Shown: positions 12,935 through 21,458, counted from the stretch's first letter. The stretch: DNA of 41,421 nt from Patescibacteria group bacterium (GCA_036986255.1 BTRF01000001.1:1-41421); one strand, 5' to 3'. Notes: generated by a model not told the origin, from the letters alone. Made by a program: numbers and translations.

Positions 12935-15004
12935 ATGTCGAGGAATCAGCTATCAGTAATTGGTCTCTTTTTACCTTTTTTGGTTTTCTCAACGGTCCTC
13001 GAACGCTTCAACGTTTTTATACCCCAGCTTGATTTTTCTCTTAAACTTTCCCTGATTCTTCTTCCGGTGGTTGGTCTGGTGCTGTTTTTGAAGAGGCGGC
13101 TGGTGTTTAACGCCACTTTTCTCTTCCCGTTTTTGGCTTTAGCGGTTTTGGCGCAGATAGTATCGATTCCCTTCTCGTTCGATCCGTTTCAGAGCTTCCA
13201 AGTTGTCGTCTTTACTCTCCTGATGATCGGTTTTTTCTACTTGATTGTTTGGAGTGTTAGGAGCGCAGAGGTGCTTACCCGGTTGGTCTGGGCCTGGGGA
13301 GCGGGAGCGGTGGCGGTGGCGCTTCTGGGGTTCTGGCAGTTTGGGAGGTTTCTGCTTGGGCAGGACCCGGCCCTGTTTTTCGACCGCTGGGTTTTGGCGA
13401 AGACTCTGCCTGCAGTTACTTTCATTCAAGACTTTTTCGGCCGGACTTTTTTAAGGCCGTCTTCGACTTTCATTGATGTGAATACGTCCGCTTCGTTTGT
13501 GGGAATCTTTATTTTGCTAGGGTCGGCTTGGTTGCTAAGCATGAGAGCAGAGAACAGAGAGCAGAGAACAGAGAGCAGAAAAACTCGTACCTCGTACCTC
13601 ATACTGCTAACCTTCCTGCTAATTTCTTTGGTTTACTTTATTTTGGCCTCTTCTCGAACTGCCGCTTTGGGTTTGGCCGTGGGAGCGGCAACCCTGGCTT
13701 ACCTGCTCCTCCGTGAGAAGATCGGTAAGAAATTATTGGCGGGGGGTTTGGTTCTGCTTCTGGCCGGATTGATTGGGGGAATGGCCTACTTTAGCTCCGT
13801 GGACCCGGCCCGTTCAGGGTCGGCAGTGGCTCGCCTCGATTATGCCCGCGCGGCGGTGGAGATGCTTAAGCGCAGTTCGTGGGCGGGGGTGGGAGCGGGC
13901 AACTTTGAGCCCTACTATACGCAAGTGCTCAAGCCCGGCGCCGAAGCCGGCTACTCCCATTCAATCCTTCTCACTTGGCTGGGGGAGTTGGGAGTTGGGG
14001 GGACCTTTATTAACCTTCTTCTTATCGGGGTAGTGGTGCTTTTTCTCTGGAGAATTTTAAACTTCTTGAAGTCCAATAGTGTATGGTACATCAGGGTTTC
14101 GGGATTGTTGGCCGGTTTTTTGGCCCTCGTTTTTGCCAATGTTTTTCACGCTCATTACGGCTTGGAGTTTACCTGGGTGCTGTTGGGCCTCGCAGTAGCG
14201 GGGTACTATGTGGCTAGGTCAGAGATCAGAGATCAGAGATCAGGGAACAGAGGCCAGGGATTGGGAAGGGTTGATGTGCTGGGCGTCCAGGTGGATAACA
14301 TCACGATGGGGGAGGCGGTAGATAAGGTTAAGGAGATTTTTAGATCGGGAAAGAAGGGCTTTGTTGCTACCCCTAACCCGGAGATGGTGATGCAGTCCAG
14401 GGGGGACGAGGAGTTTAGGAAAATTCTAAACGCCGCAGATATATCCGTTCCGGACGGTGCCGGGCTTATTTGGGCATCGCGGATTTGGGGGACTCCTCTA
14501 AAAGAAAGGGTTACCGGGACCGATCTTTTCTTGGAGCTTTGCGCCGAAGCTTCAAGGCGGGGAGGAAGGGTGCTTTTCTTGGAGGGTCCGGAGGGGCTGA
14601 TGTCCTCTGAAGAAGCGGCCCGGAAGCTTAAGCAGAAATATCCCAAGTTAGACATCGCAGGTACTTTGGTTATCAGCCGCAGAGATGATAAGAAAGCTCT
14701 TTCCGCGATCAAGGAAGCGAGCCGGGGAAGGGATATTGATCTTCTTTTCGTGGCTTACGGCCACGGCAAGCAGGAGCCGTGGATTAAGAGAAACCTTCCC
14801 AAAATTCCCGTGAAAGTTGCAGTAGGCGTTGGCGGGGCCTTGGATTTTGCCGCCGGGGTTCAGATTCGTGCTCCAAGGGTGGTCAGGGCTTTGGGTCTTG
14901 AGTGGTTTTACAGGCTGGCCCGCCAGCCTAACAGGTTAAAGCGGCAGGTTTATGCACTGGTTCCATTTATCTTTCTCACCTTCCGTAAATCGCTTAAGCG
15001 CTAG
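12935..15004 (+). CDS. O-antigen ligase (Wzy_C-like, polytopic membrane) fused to a WecB/TagA/CpsF (GT26) glycosyltransferase domain
   Basis: The track ORF starts at a TTG at 12902, which lies inside a repeat tract; the ATG at 12935 (MSRNQLSVIG) is the more plausible start. Multiple TM helices and an SRTAALGL-type ligase core. The C-terminal ~250 aa (VDVLGVQVDNITMGEAV...GLEWFYRLARQPNRLKRQ) match the GT26 family end to end. Confidence 0.75.
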   Translation: MSRNQLSVIGLFLPFLVFSTVLERFNVFIPQLDFSLKLSLILLPVVGLVLFLKRRLVFNATFLFPFLALAVLAQIVSIPFSFDPFQSFQVVVFTLLMIGFFYLIVWSVRSAEVLTRLVWAWGAGAVAVALLGFWQFGRFLLGQDPALFFDRWVLAKTLPAVTFIQDFFGRTFLRPSSTFIDVNTSASFVGIFILLGSAWLLSMRAENREQRTESRKTRTSYLILLTFLLISLVYFILASSRTAALGLAVGAATLAYLLLREKIGKKLLAGGLVLLLAGLIGGMAYFSSVDPARSGSAVARLDYARAAVEMLKRSSWAGVGAGNFEPYYTQVLKPGAEAGYSHSILLTWLGELGVGGTFINLLLIGVVVLFLWRILNFLKSNSVWYIRVSGLLAGFLALVFANVFHAHYGLEFTWVLLGLAVAGYYVARSEIRDQRSGNRGQGLGRVDVLGVQVDNITMGEAVDKVKEIFRSGKKGFVATPNPEMVMQSRGDEEFRKILNAADISVPDGAGLIWASRIWGTPLKERVTGTDLFLELCAEASRRGGRVLFLEGPEGLMSSEEAARKLKQKYPKLDIAGTLVISRRDDKKALSAIKEASRGRDIDLLFVAYGHGKQEPWIKRNLPKIPVKVAVGVGGALDFAAGVQIRAPRVVRALGLEWFYRLARQPNRLKRQVYALVPFIFLTFRKSLKR
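13543..13612 (+). repeat. Heptamer-periodic tract inside the ligase ORF (gagagca gagaaca gagagca gagaaca gagagca gaaaaac tcgtacc tcgtacc tcatact gctaacc)
   Basis: Ten in-phase 7-mers. They are translated as the charged loop RAENREQRTESRKTRTSY between TM helices. Confidence 0.75.
14212..14267 (+). repeat. Heptamer-periodic tract inside the ORF at the ligase/GT26 junction (ggctagg tcagaga x3 tcaggga acagagg ccaggga ttgggaa)
   Basis: Eight in-phase 7-mers translated as ARSEIRDQRSGNRGQGLG. They share a 17-mer with the intergenic tract at 27958-27974. Confidence 0.75.
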
Positions 15005-15009
15005 CGCGC

Positions 15010-15087
15010 ATGTAAAATATAGAATGTAAAATTTTGAAAGTTGGGGATTCCGGTGGATTTTACTTTATACCTTTTACTTTTTACTTG
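15010..15087. terminator. Imperfect inverted repeat between convergent genes (candidate bidirectional terminator built from heptamer units)
   Basis: The left arm atgtaaaatatagaatgtaaaat (about 15010-15032) is largely complementary to the right arm attttactttataccttttacttt (about 15057-15080). Both arms have 7-nt periodicity. The right arm overlaps the last codons of glgP. Confidence 0.35.
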
Positions 15088-16849
15088 AATACAACTTGTT
15101 GTATTCATTAATCATTCGTTTGGTATCGAATTTCTCGCCGCAAGAGTTGTAGGCCTCCTTAATCATTGCGACCCATCCTCGAGGAAGGTTATTTTCACGC
15201 CGGTGGTAGAGGGGGATGATTTCATTTTCCAAGAGCGCATAGGCTGGGCCGGCGTAGTCTTCCCCATCGGGCTCAATTACCCAACCGTTGGCCGCCCGCC
15301 CGCCTTTGGCGGGTTGAAACCCTTCCAGCCACCACCCGTCGAGAGTCGAGGCGTTGAGAGCGGAATTGTAGACGGCCTTCATCCCCGAAGTTCCGCTTGC
15401 TTCCCATCCGACAACCGGAGTGTTAAGCCAGACGTCGGCGGCCGCAAGGAGGTCATGGGCGAGGGTGAGGCTGTAGTTGGGGAGGTAGATCAGGCGGTCC
15501 TTAATTCGCGGATCGCGGCTGGCTTTGATGACTTGGGTAACAAATTCTTGCCCCTCCGGATCCTCGGGGTGAGCTTTCCCGGAGATCAGGAGATACGCAG
15601 GCATTTTTTGGCTTGAAAGGATCTTGGCGAGCCGGTCAAGATCGGAGGTAAGGAGGGTGGGCTGCTTGTATTTGGCAAAGCGGCGGGCCCAGCAGAGAAC
15701 CAGCGCTTCGGGGTCGAAGGTTTTTCCGTCCAGAGCGGCTTGGCTTAGTTTGACCGCAACCCTGTTTTTGGCAGCGAGCTTCCCTTCCCAAAGGTTTTTA
15801 TCATCAGTCTTGCTATTCTGCTGATAAGTATCTTTCAACTCTGGGGGTGTCCAGCGGGGAGCGTAGACACCGTTGGTGACATAAGAGAGGGGAAGATTGG
15901 GGATGAAGCCCCAAAGCTTTTGGGAAACCTTGAAATGCTTTTTGCTTACGGCGTTGGTCGCCCGCGCGAGCCGCATGGCAAACACGCTCAGGGAGAAAAC
16001 CTCTTCCTCCCCCCACATCCGCTTTCCCAGTTCATAAATCGCTTCCAGATCAACATTAACCCCGGCAAAGAGAGCGGTTAGGACAGGGAAAATCTCCTTT
16101 TTGGGGAATTTGCTCTCGGCCCCAGCGACAGGGGTATGAGTGGTAAAGATAGTTTCGGCCTTAACCTTCTCCCGGGCGGTGTCGAGAGGGGCCCCCTGGG
16201 CGATATACTCCCGGAGGCGTTCCATAATATTTAGGGCCCCGTGGTCGTCATTGATGTGCCAGGTTTGGATCGGCAGCCGCAGTTTTCGAGCCAGCCGGAC
16301 GCTGCCGATTCCTAGAACCAGGTCGTCGGTGAGGTGGGGAGCCCAGACCCGCTCATAAAGCCGATCGGTGATCTTCCGATCCTCGGGTCTGTTTTCCGGA
16401 GTGTCTGCATCCAGAAGGTATAGAGGGGCGTGAGGGAAAGAGGGAGCTTGCCCCGAGCTTGCCGAGGGGTCCTTTCTCCAGATCTTAAGATAGATTTCAT
16501 GGTTGACAAGGGGAATTTTAATGAGTTGGCCCGTGTCAACCAGCCCCGCTTTCTCGGGCTGAATACTTTCGTAGAAGTGCTGCTGCCGGCCCTCGGGGTT
16601 AATTAACTGTTGAAAGAACCCCTCTCGGTAAAAGACGGTAATTCCGGCCATAGGGATCTTGCTCTCCGCCGCTTGATAGAGGATGTCGCCGGCCAGCACC
16701 CCCAGGCCTCCGGCGTAGGTGGGGAGGTCGTCGGTGAGGGCGAACTCGGAGCTGACGTATGCGATGTTCTCGGAGTTCACATTGGACGCGATCTTGCGAT
16801 CACTAGCAATGCTCTCGGAGTTCGCATTGGAAGCAATTTCAGGGTTCAC
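15074..16849 (-). CDS. glgP: Alpha-glucan (glycogen/maltodextrin) phosphorylase, GT35 family
   Basis: 591-aa ORF with DDLPTYAGGLGVLAGD near the N-terminus and the PLP-lysine motif WEASGTSGMK. The 5' end carries a tandem duplication; the alternative GTG start at 16780 would give MNSENIAYVSSEF. Confidence 0.85.
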   Translation of the reverse strand: MNPEIASNANSESIASDRKIASNVNSENIAYVSSEFALTDDLPTYAGGLGVLAGDILYQAAESKIPMAGITVFYREGFFQQLINPEGRQQHFYESIQPEKAGLVDTGQLIKIPLVNHEIYLKIWRKDPSASSGQAPSFPHAPLYLLDADTPENRPEDRKITDRLYERVWAPHLTDDLVLGIGSVRLARKLRLPIQTWHINDDHGALNIMERLREYIAQGAPLDTAREKVKAETIFTTHTPVAGAESKFPKKEIFPVLTALFAGVNVDLEAIYELGKRMWGEEEVFSLSVFAMRLARATNAVSKKHFKVSQKLWGFIPNLPLSYVTNGVYAPRWTPPELKDTYQQNSKTDDKNLWEGKLAAKNRVAVKLSQAALDGKTFDPEALVLCWARRFAKYKQPTLLTSDLDRLAKILSSQKMPAYLLISGKAHPEDPEGQEFVTQVIKASRDPRIKDRLIYLPNYSLTLAHDLLAAADVWLNTPVVGWEASGTSGMKAVYNSALNASTLDGWWLEGFQPAKGGRAANGWVIEPDGEDYAGPAYALLENEIIPLYHRRENNLPRGWVAMIKEAYNSCGEKFDTKRMINEYNKLYSSKK

Positions 16850-17160
16850 AAGAGAATACTATCGGAAGCGAGGGGCGCTTGGCAATTTTCTAGACCTCTG
16901 AGGTCTAGGAATTTGACTTTGCGGATTTGTTTTTGCTAACGTAGTTTTGAAGAAGGGAGTTAGTACTTAAAGTACGTTCAACATTGCCATAGTTCGGAGT
17001 TCTCGCGCCGTCAAGAAGGCGGACACCGATAGAATTACCGATCCGGAGCCCTATCCAAAAGGAGAGGGATAGTTGCCGCTGTCCATCCAGGCCTCGACTA
17101 CGGCCGTACCTAGTCGAGGCCTACTCTTTTTACTGTTCAATATGAGATAATTTTCAAGAT

Positions 17161-18735
17161 ATGGTTACGGCAAAGACGGCTTTCTTAGAGCCCATCACTA
17201 AAATTGTTCCTCTTTCCCATGCCCCCGCACCGCTGAGGGTTTTGATTGTGGTTCCCGAAGTTTCTCCGTACGCTTCGGTCGGGGGGGTTTCCCGGGTAGC
17301 CGCCCATCTCTCCAAGGAGTTGGTCAACTTGGGGCACGATGTACGGATTTTTATGCCTAAGTACGGGTTTATTGATGAAGAAGAGTACCCTCTTGAGATG
17401 GTAGTGGAGGGATTGAAGGTCTACACCGGTGCGGAAGGAAAAGGTCCCAAGGAGCTACTCTGCAATGTCAAGACCCACCTAAGCAAGAGCGGGGTCCGCA
17501 CTTATTTTTTGGAGAATATGGAGTACTACGAGAAGCGCGCCAATGTTTATGGCTACTCCGATGATCCCATCCGGTTTGTGCTCCTGTGCCGCGGGGCCCT
17601 GGAGTTTTTGCGCCACTTTGAGTGGAAGCCGCAGGTGATCCACGCTAACGATTGGCAGACCGGAGCAATGCCCAATCTCCTCAGGACGACCTACGCGAAG
17701 AGTAAGGATTTGGCCGGAATCGCTGCCGTTTTTACGATCCACAACCTTTTTTACCAGGGGATGTTTGATCACCGGCAGATCTCTGAGTTGGACTTTGATG
17801 ACGGCCGCTCGCCGATCGCTCCGCTGTTCTCCGAACGGCTCAAAAATCAAAACTTTATCCGCCGCGGGATCATTTACTCCGATGCGGTCAACACGGTTTC
17901 GGAAACCTACGCCCGCGAGATACTGACCCCGGAATACGGGGAGGGGCTGGACAAGCTTCTCTTGGAGGTCCGATCGAAGCTTTTTGGCATTATCAATGGG
18001 ATAGATTATGACGATCTCAACCCCAAGACGGATCCCCTTGTCCCTTACAGTTTTGGCGCTAAGTCACTATCGCAAAGGAAAAAGAATAAAATTGCCTTGC
18101 AGAAAGAGTTTAGCCTGCCGGAGGGGGAGGAGCATTTTGCGTTGGGAATGGTTTCCCGCCTCTCGGAGCAAAAAGGTCTTGAAATTCTCTTGGAAGCCCT
18201 CCCGCACTTTCTCTCCGCTTTTGACGCTCAGTTCTTTGTCATTGGCGGCGGGGAGGAGAAATACGCCTCCGCCTTTCGGGACTTGAAGAAGCGCTTCCCA
18301 GATAAGATAGGAACTCATTTGATGCCTAATTTTACCTTGCCGCGGCTTCTCTTCTCGGGAGTGGACTGCTTAACCGTGCCCTCTCGCTTTGAGCCGGCCG
18401 GGCTTACCCAGCTGGAAGCGATGCGCTACGGAGCTATTCCGATTGTCCGCAAGACCGGGGGTTTGGCCGATACCGTTCAGGATCTGAATGTGGAAGAAGG
18501 CCTGGGAACGGGGTTTGTTTTTGAGGAATATGACCCTTGGGCCCTTTTCGCCCAGCTTGTCCGCGCTCACGAAAGCTTCCGTTACCCCAAGGTTTGGGAG
18601 GCCCTTGTCAAGCGGGCTTTGGAGGCCGATTTCTCCTGGGGGGCCTCGGCTGAGAAGTACGCCGAGCTCTACCGTAAGGCGATTCAGCTTAGGAATCGGG
18701 ATGAGGCGGCCGGGGGAAAGACGACCCTCTTTTAA
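17161..18735 (+). CDS. glgA: Glycogen/starch synthase, GT5 family
   Basis: 524-aa ORF. N-terminal VVPEVSPYASVGGVSRVAAHL resembles the KxGGL region, and PSRFEPAGLTQLEAMRYG is the GT5 signature. Confidence 0.85.
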   Translation: MVTAKTAFLEPITKIVPLSHAPAPLRVLIVVPEVSPYASVGGVSRVAAHLSKELVNLGHDVRIFMPKYGFIDEEEYPLEMVVEGLKVYTGAEGKGPKELLCNVKTHLSKSGVRTYFLENMEYYEKRANVYGYSDDPIRFVLLCRGALEFLRHFEWKPQVIHANDWQTGAMPNLLRTTYAKSKDLAGIAAVFTIHNLFYQGMFDHRQISELDFDDGRSPIAPLFSERLKNQNFIRRGIIYSDAVNTVSETYAREILTPEYGEGLDKLLLEVRSKLFGIINGIDYDDLNPKTDPLVPYSFGAKSLSQRKKNKIALQKEFSLPEGEEHFALGMVSRLSEQKGLEILLEALPHFLSAFDAQFFVIGGGEEKYASAFRDLKKRFPDKIGTHLMPNFTLPRLLFSGVDCLTVPSRFEPAGLTQLEAMRYGAIPIVRKTGGLADTVQDLNVEEGLGTGFVFEEYDPWALFAQLVRAHESFRYPKVWEALVKRALEADFSWGASAEKYAELYRKAIQLRNRDEAAGGKTTLF

Positions 18736-18737
18736 GG

Positions 18738-19934
18738 ATGATTTGGTCTCCAGTTCTTCATATCTACCAACCTCCCACCCAGTTTCCTGAGATCACAAGA
18801 AAGATTGCCGAGGAATCTTATGCTCCTCTTGTTGCCTTTTTGGATTCCAACCCCAAAGCTAAGCTGACCCTTAATATCAACGCTTCTCTTTCTGAACAGT
18901 TGGCGGAGCTGGGGTACCGGGACGTCCTTGCCGGGATTCGGCGGCTGACGGAGCGGGGGCAGGTGGAGCTTTTGGGTTCGGGGGCTTTCCACCCCTTGCT
19001 AACTCGCCTTCCTTTTTCTGAGATTAGCCGCCAGGTGCGCCTCAATGAACGGATGAATCGCGAGCTTATCGGTCCGATCTACAAGCCGCGAGGCTTCTTC
19101 CCTCCCGAGCTGGCCTATTCAAGGAAGGTGGGGAATGTTTTAGCCGAGCTAGGGTATGAGTGGGTCCTCGCAGAGGACTGCTGTATTTCCAATCCTCCCG
19201 TCCGCTACGACCGCGTTTATGAACTGCCTAGCGGGGATATTTCCGTCTTCTTTCGTCAGAGCGAGCTTTCCCTAGCGATTGCCTTTGGCCGAGTAGAAAA
19301 CGCGGCCGGTTTTGTTAAACTCGCCGGGAAAGTTCTTGGCGAAGGCGATTATATCTTGACCGCCATGGATGGGGAGACCTTCGGCCATCACCGCAAGGAC
19401 AGCTTTAAGCTTTTGGCGGATCTGTACGCTGTCTTGGAAAGCGCAACCGTTTCGGAGCTTACTCTTCGATATCCTAAGCGGGAGAAGACTGATCCGATGG
19501 AGTCCACTTGGGCGGTTTCGCATGAAGACTGCGAGCGAGGAACCGTCTATCCACGCTGGGACAACCCAGGCAGTCCCTTGCACCCTAAACAATGGGAGCT
19601 CTTTCGGCTCGCTTTGGAGGTGGTTCGCGAATCGGTTTATCGGCTCGGTCAGCCGGACGGGTTAAAGAGTTTCAACCTTTCGAGTTTGCAGAAACGGTGG
19701 CTCAAAGCGCGTCAAATATTAGACCGTGCCCTGCACTCAGACCAGTTCTGGTGGGCCTCTCACAACCCTTACTGGCACCCGGCGATGGTGGAGCGGGGAA
19801 CCAAGCTTTTGCTTGAAGCGGTTTTGGCCGTTCCGGGAGTATCCAAGGACGAAGAGGAGCGCGCCCGCGCGCTTTATCGGGAGATTACCACCGAAGGAGT
19901 CAAGATGTATGGGAAAGAGCCAATAACCGGTTAG
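18738..19934 (+). CDS. Glycoside hydrolase family 57 protein
   Basis: GH57 conserved regions are recognisable: HIYQPPTQ, GQVELLGSGAFHPLL, WVLAEDC, AMDGETFGHH and LHSDQFWWASH. The start codon is 3 nt after the glgA stop. Confidence 0.8.
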   Translation: MIWSPVLHIYQPPTQFPEITRKIAEESYAPLVAFLDSNPKAKLTLNINASLSEQLAELGYRDVLAGIRRLTERGQVELLGSGAFHPLLTRLPFSEISRQVRLNERMNRELIGPIYKPRGFFPPELAYSRKVGNVLAELGYEWVLAEDCCISNPPVRYDRVYELPSGDISVFFRQSELSLAIAFGRVENAAGFVKLAGKVLGEGDYILTAMDGETFGHHRKDSFKLLADLYAVLESATVSELTLRYPKREKTDPMESTWAVSHEDCERGTVYPRWDNPGSPLHPKQWELFRLALEVVRESVYRLGQPDGLKSFNLSSLQKRWLKARQILDRALHSDQFWWASHNPYWHPAMVERGTKLLLEAVLAVPGVSKDEEERARALYREITTEGVKMYGKEPITG

Positions 19935-20021
19935 CGAATAGTCGAGTGCGAAGCTACAAAGAATTAAAAGTTTGGCAGAAAGCCGTCGGCAGGGCGTAAA
20001 AGTTTCTGATTCTATTGACGC

Positions 20022-20057
20022 TACTAGTTTTACTGCTTTTACTGGTGTTACTATAAC
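20022..20057. repeat. Nonamer-periodic tract (tactagttt tactgcttt tactggtgt tactataac) in the leader of the second GH57 gene
   Basis: TACT recurs every 9 nt at 20022, 20031, 20040 and 20049. The tract ends 6 nt before the ATG at 20064. Confidence 0.6.
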
Positions 20058-20063
20058 GACGTT

Positions 20064-21410
20064 ATGTACTGGGCGAACTTTCTTCATTTTTACCAACCCC
20101 CGACCCAGAAGAAGGAGTGGGTGGATCGGATTACTAAAGAGTCCTACCAGCGGGTATTGGGAGGGCTGTTGGAGAACCCCGAGGCCAAGATAACCTTTAA
20201 TATTAACGGAATTCTTTTTGATCTTTGGAAGCAGTTTGGGCATCAAAATGTGATTGAGATGGTGGGGGAGCTGGCCGGCCGCGGACAGATTGAGCTGACC
20301 GGATCGGCCAAATTCCATCCTCTTCTCCCCAAGCTTCCCGAAGATGAGATTAAGCGCCAGATTGAACTAAACTTTAAAACCCTTCAAGAGTATTTGGGTG
20401 ATAGCTGCCGTCCCAAGGGTTTCTTTCCTCCCGAGATGGCTTACGATGTCAACGTTGCTCGCGTAGCTCGTGAGATGGGCTTTTCCTGGATCATTGCGGA
20501 GGAGCTGAGCCTAGACCTCCGAGGTCTGGAACGGGACCGCATTTATCAGGAAAAGGAGACGGGCATCATGATCTTCTTTAGGGATCGGGCGTTCTCTTAC
20601 CAGATTTTGTCAGGGCAGTTGGGGACCGCCAACCTCTTTTTGAAGGCTCTTGGCGATCGTCTCGGCAAGAATGAATACCTCCTCACCGCTATGGATGGAG
20701 AGACCTTCGGCCATCACCGTCCGGGGATGGACAAGGCTTTGATGGAGCTTCTGCAGCTTGAGCAGGTTCCCACGATTCTGATCTCCGATCTTCCCGAAAA
20801 GTTTCCCCAAGTAGAAGTGGTTGAGACCCGCCCCTCGACTTGGGCTTTAATGGAAAAGGACTTGGAAAAAAAGATTCCCTTCGCCCGTTGGGATGACCCG
20901 GGCAATGAGATCCATGAGTTCCAATGGGAGCTAACGGACCTTGCGATCAAGGCGGTTCGCGAGTCGAAGAATCCCGGCGGGGCTCGGAAGATGCTGGATC
21001 GCAGTCTTCACAGCGATCAGTACTGGTGGGCTTCGGCCCGCCCTTGGTGGTCCCTGGAGATGGTCGAGCGGGGGGCCTTTGAGCTCAAGGAAACGATTTT
21101 AGCCGTTTCGGATGCCTCGGAGGAGGTGAAGCGCCGGGCCCAAAAGCTTTATTTTGATATCCTTACTAAAGGTTTTGAGTGGCAACGGACGGGCAAGGTG
21201 GAGGAATTGGCGCACAAAGAAGATGAGGAAGTGCGCATGCGCACCGATGCGGGGCTGCCTTCTCTTCCTAAAGAAGAGTTGGAGAAGATAATTGCCCATA
21301 TTCAGGAAGAGATGGAGGAGGTGGCGAAGCATCAAGAGTATGAGCGGGCTGCTCTTCTTCGGGATCGGGTTAGGGAGTTGAAGGGTTATCTCGAGGATGG
21401 GAGATCTTAG
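20064..21410 (+). CDS. Glycoside hydrolase family 57 protein with a C-terminal UVR-like domain
   Basis: Paralogue of 18738-19934 (HFYQPPTQ, GQIELTGSAKFHPLL, WIIAEEL, AMDGETFGHH, LHSDQYWWAS). It has an added C-terminal tail, HQEYERAALLRDRVRELKGYL, which resembles the UvrB/UvrC UVR motif. Confidence 0.8.
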   Translation: MYWANFLHFYQPPTQKKEWVDRITKESYQRVLGGLLENPEAKITFNINGILFDLWKQFGHQNVIEMVGELAGRGQIELTGSAKFHPLLPKLPEDEIKRQIELNFKTLQEYLGDSCRPKGFFPPEMAYDVNVARVAREMGFSWIIAEELSLDLRGLERDRIYQEKETGIMIFFRDRAFSYQILSGQLGTANLFLKALGDRLGKNEYLLTAMDGETFGHHRPGMDKALMELLQLEQVPTILISDLPEKFPQVEVVETRPSTWALMEKDLEKKIPFARWDDPGNEIHEFQWELTDLAIKAVRESKNPGGARKMLDRSLHSDQYWWASARPWWSLEMVERGAFELKETILAVSDASEEVKRRAQKLYFDILTKGFEWQRTGKVEELAHKEDEEVRMRTDAGLPSLPKEELEKIIAHIQEEMEEVAKHQEYERAALLRDRVRELKGYLEDGRS

Positions 21411-21458
21411 GCACTAAACTACGAAAAGTATGAAGCAGGTTCGAATTTCTAATTTCTA

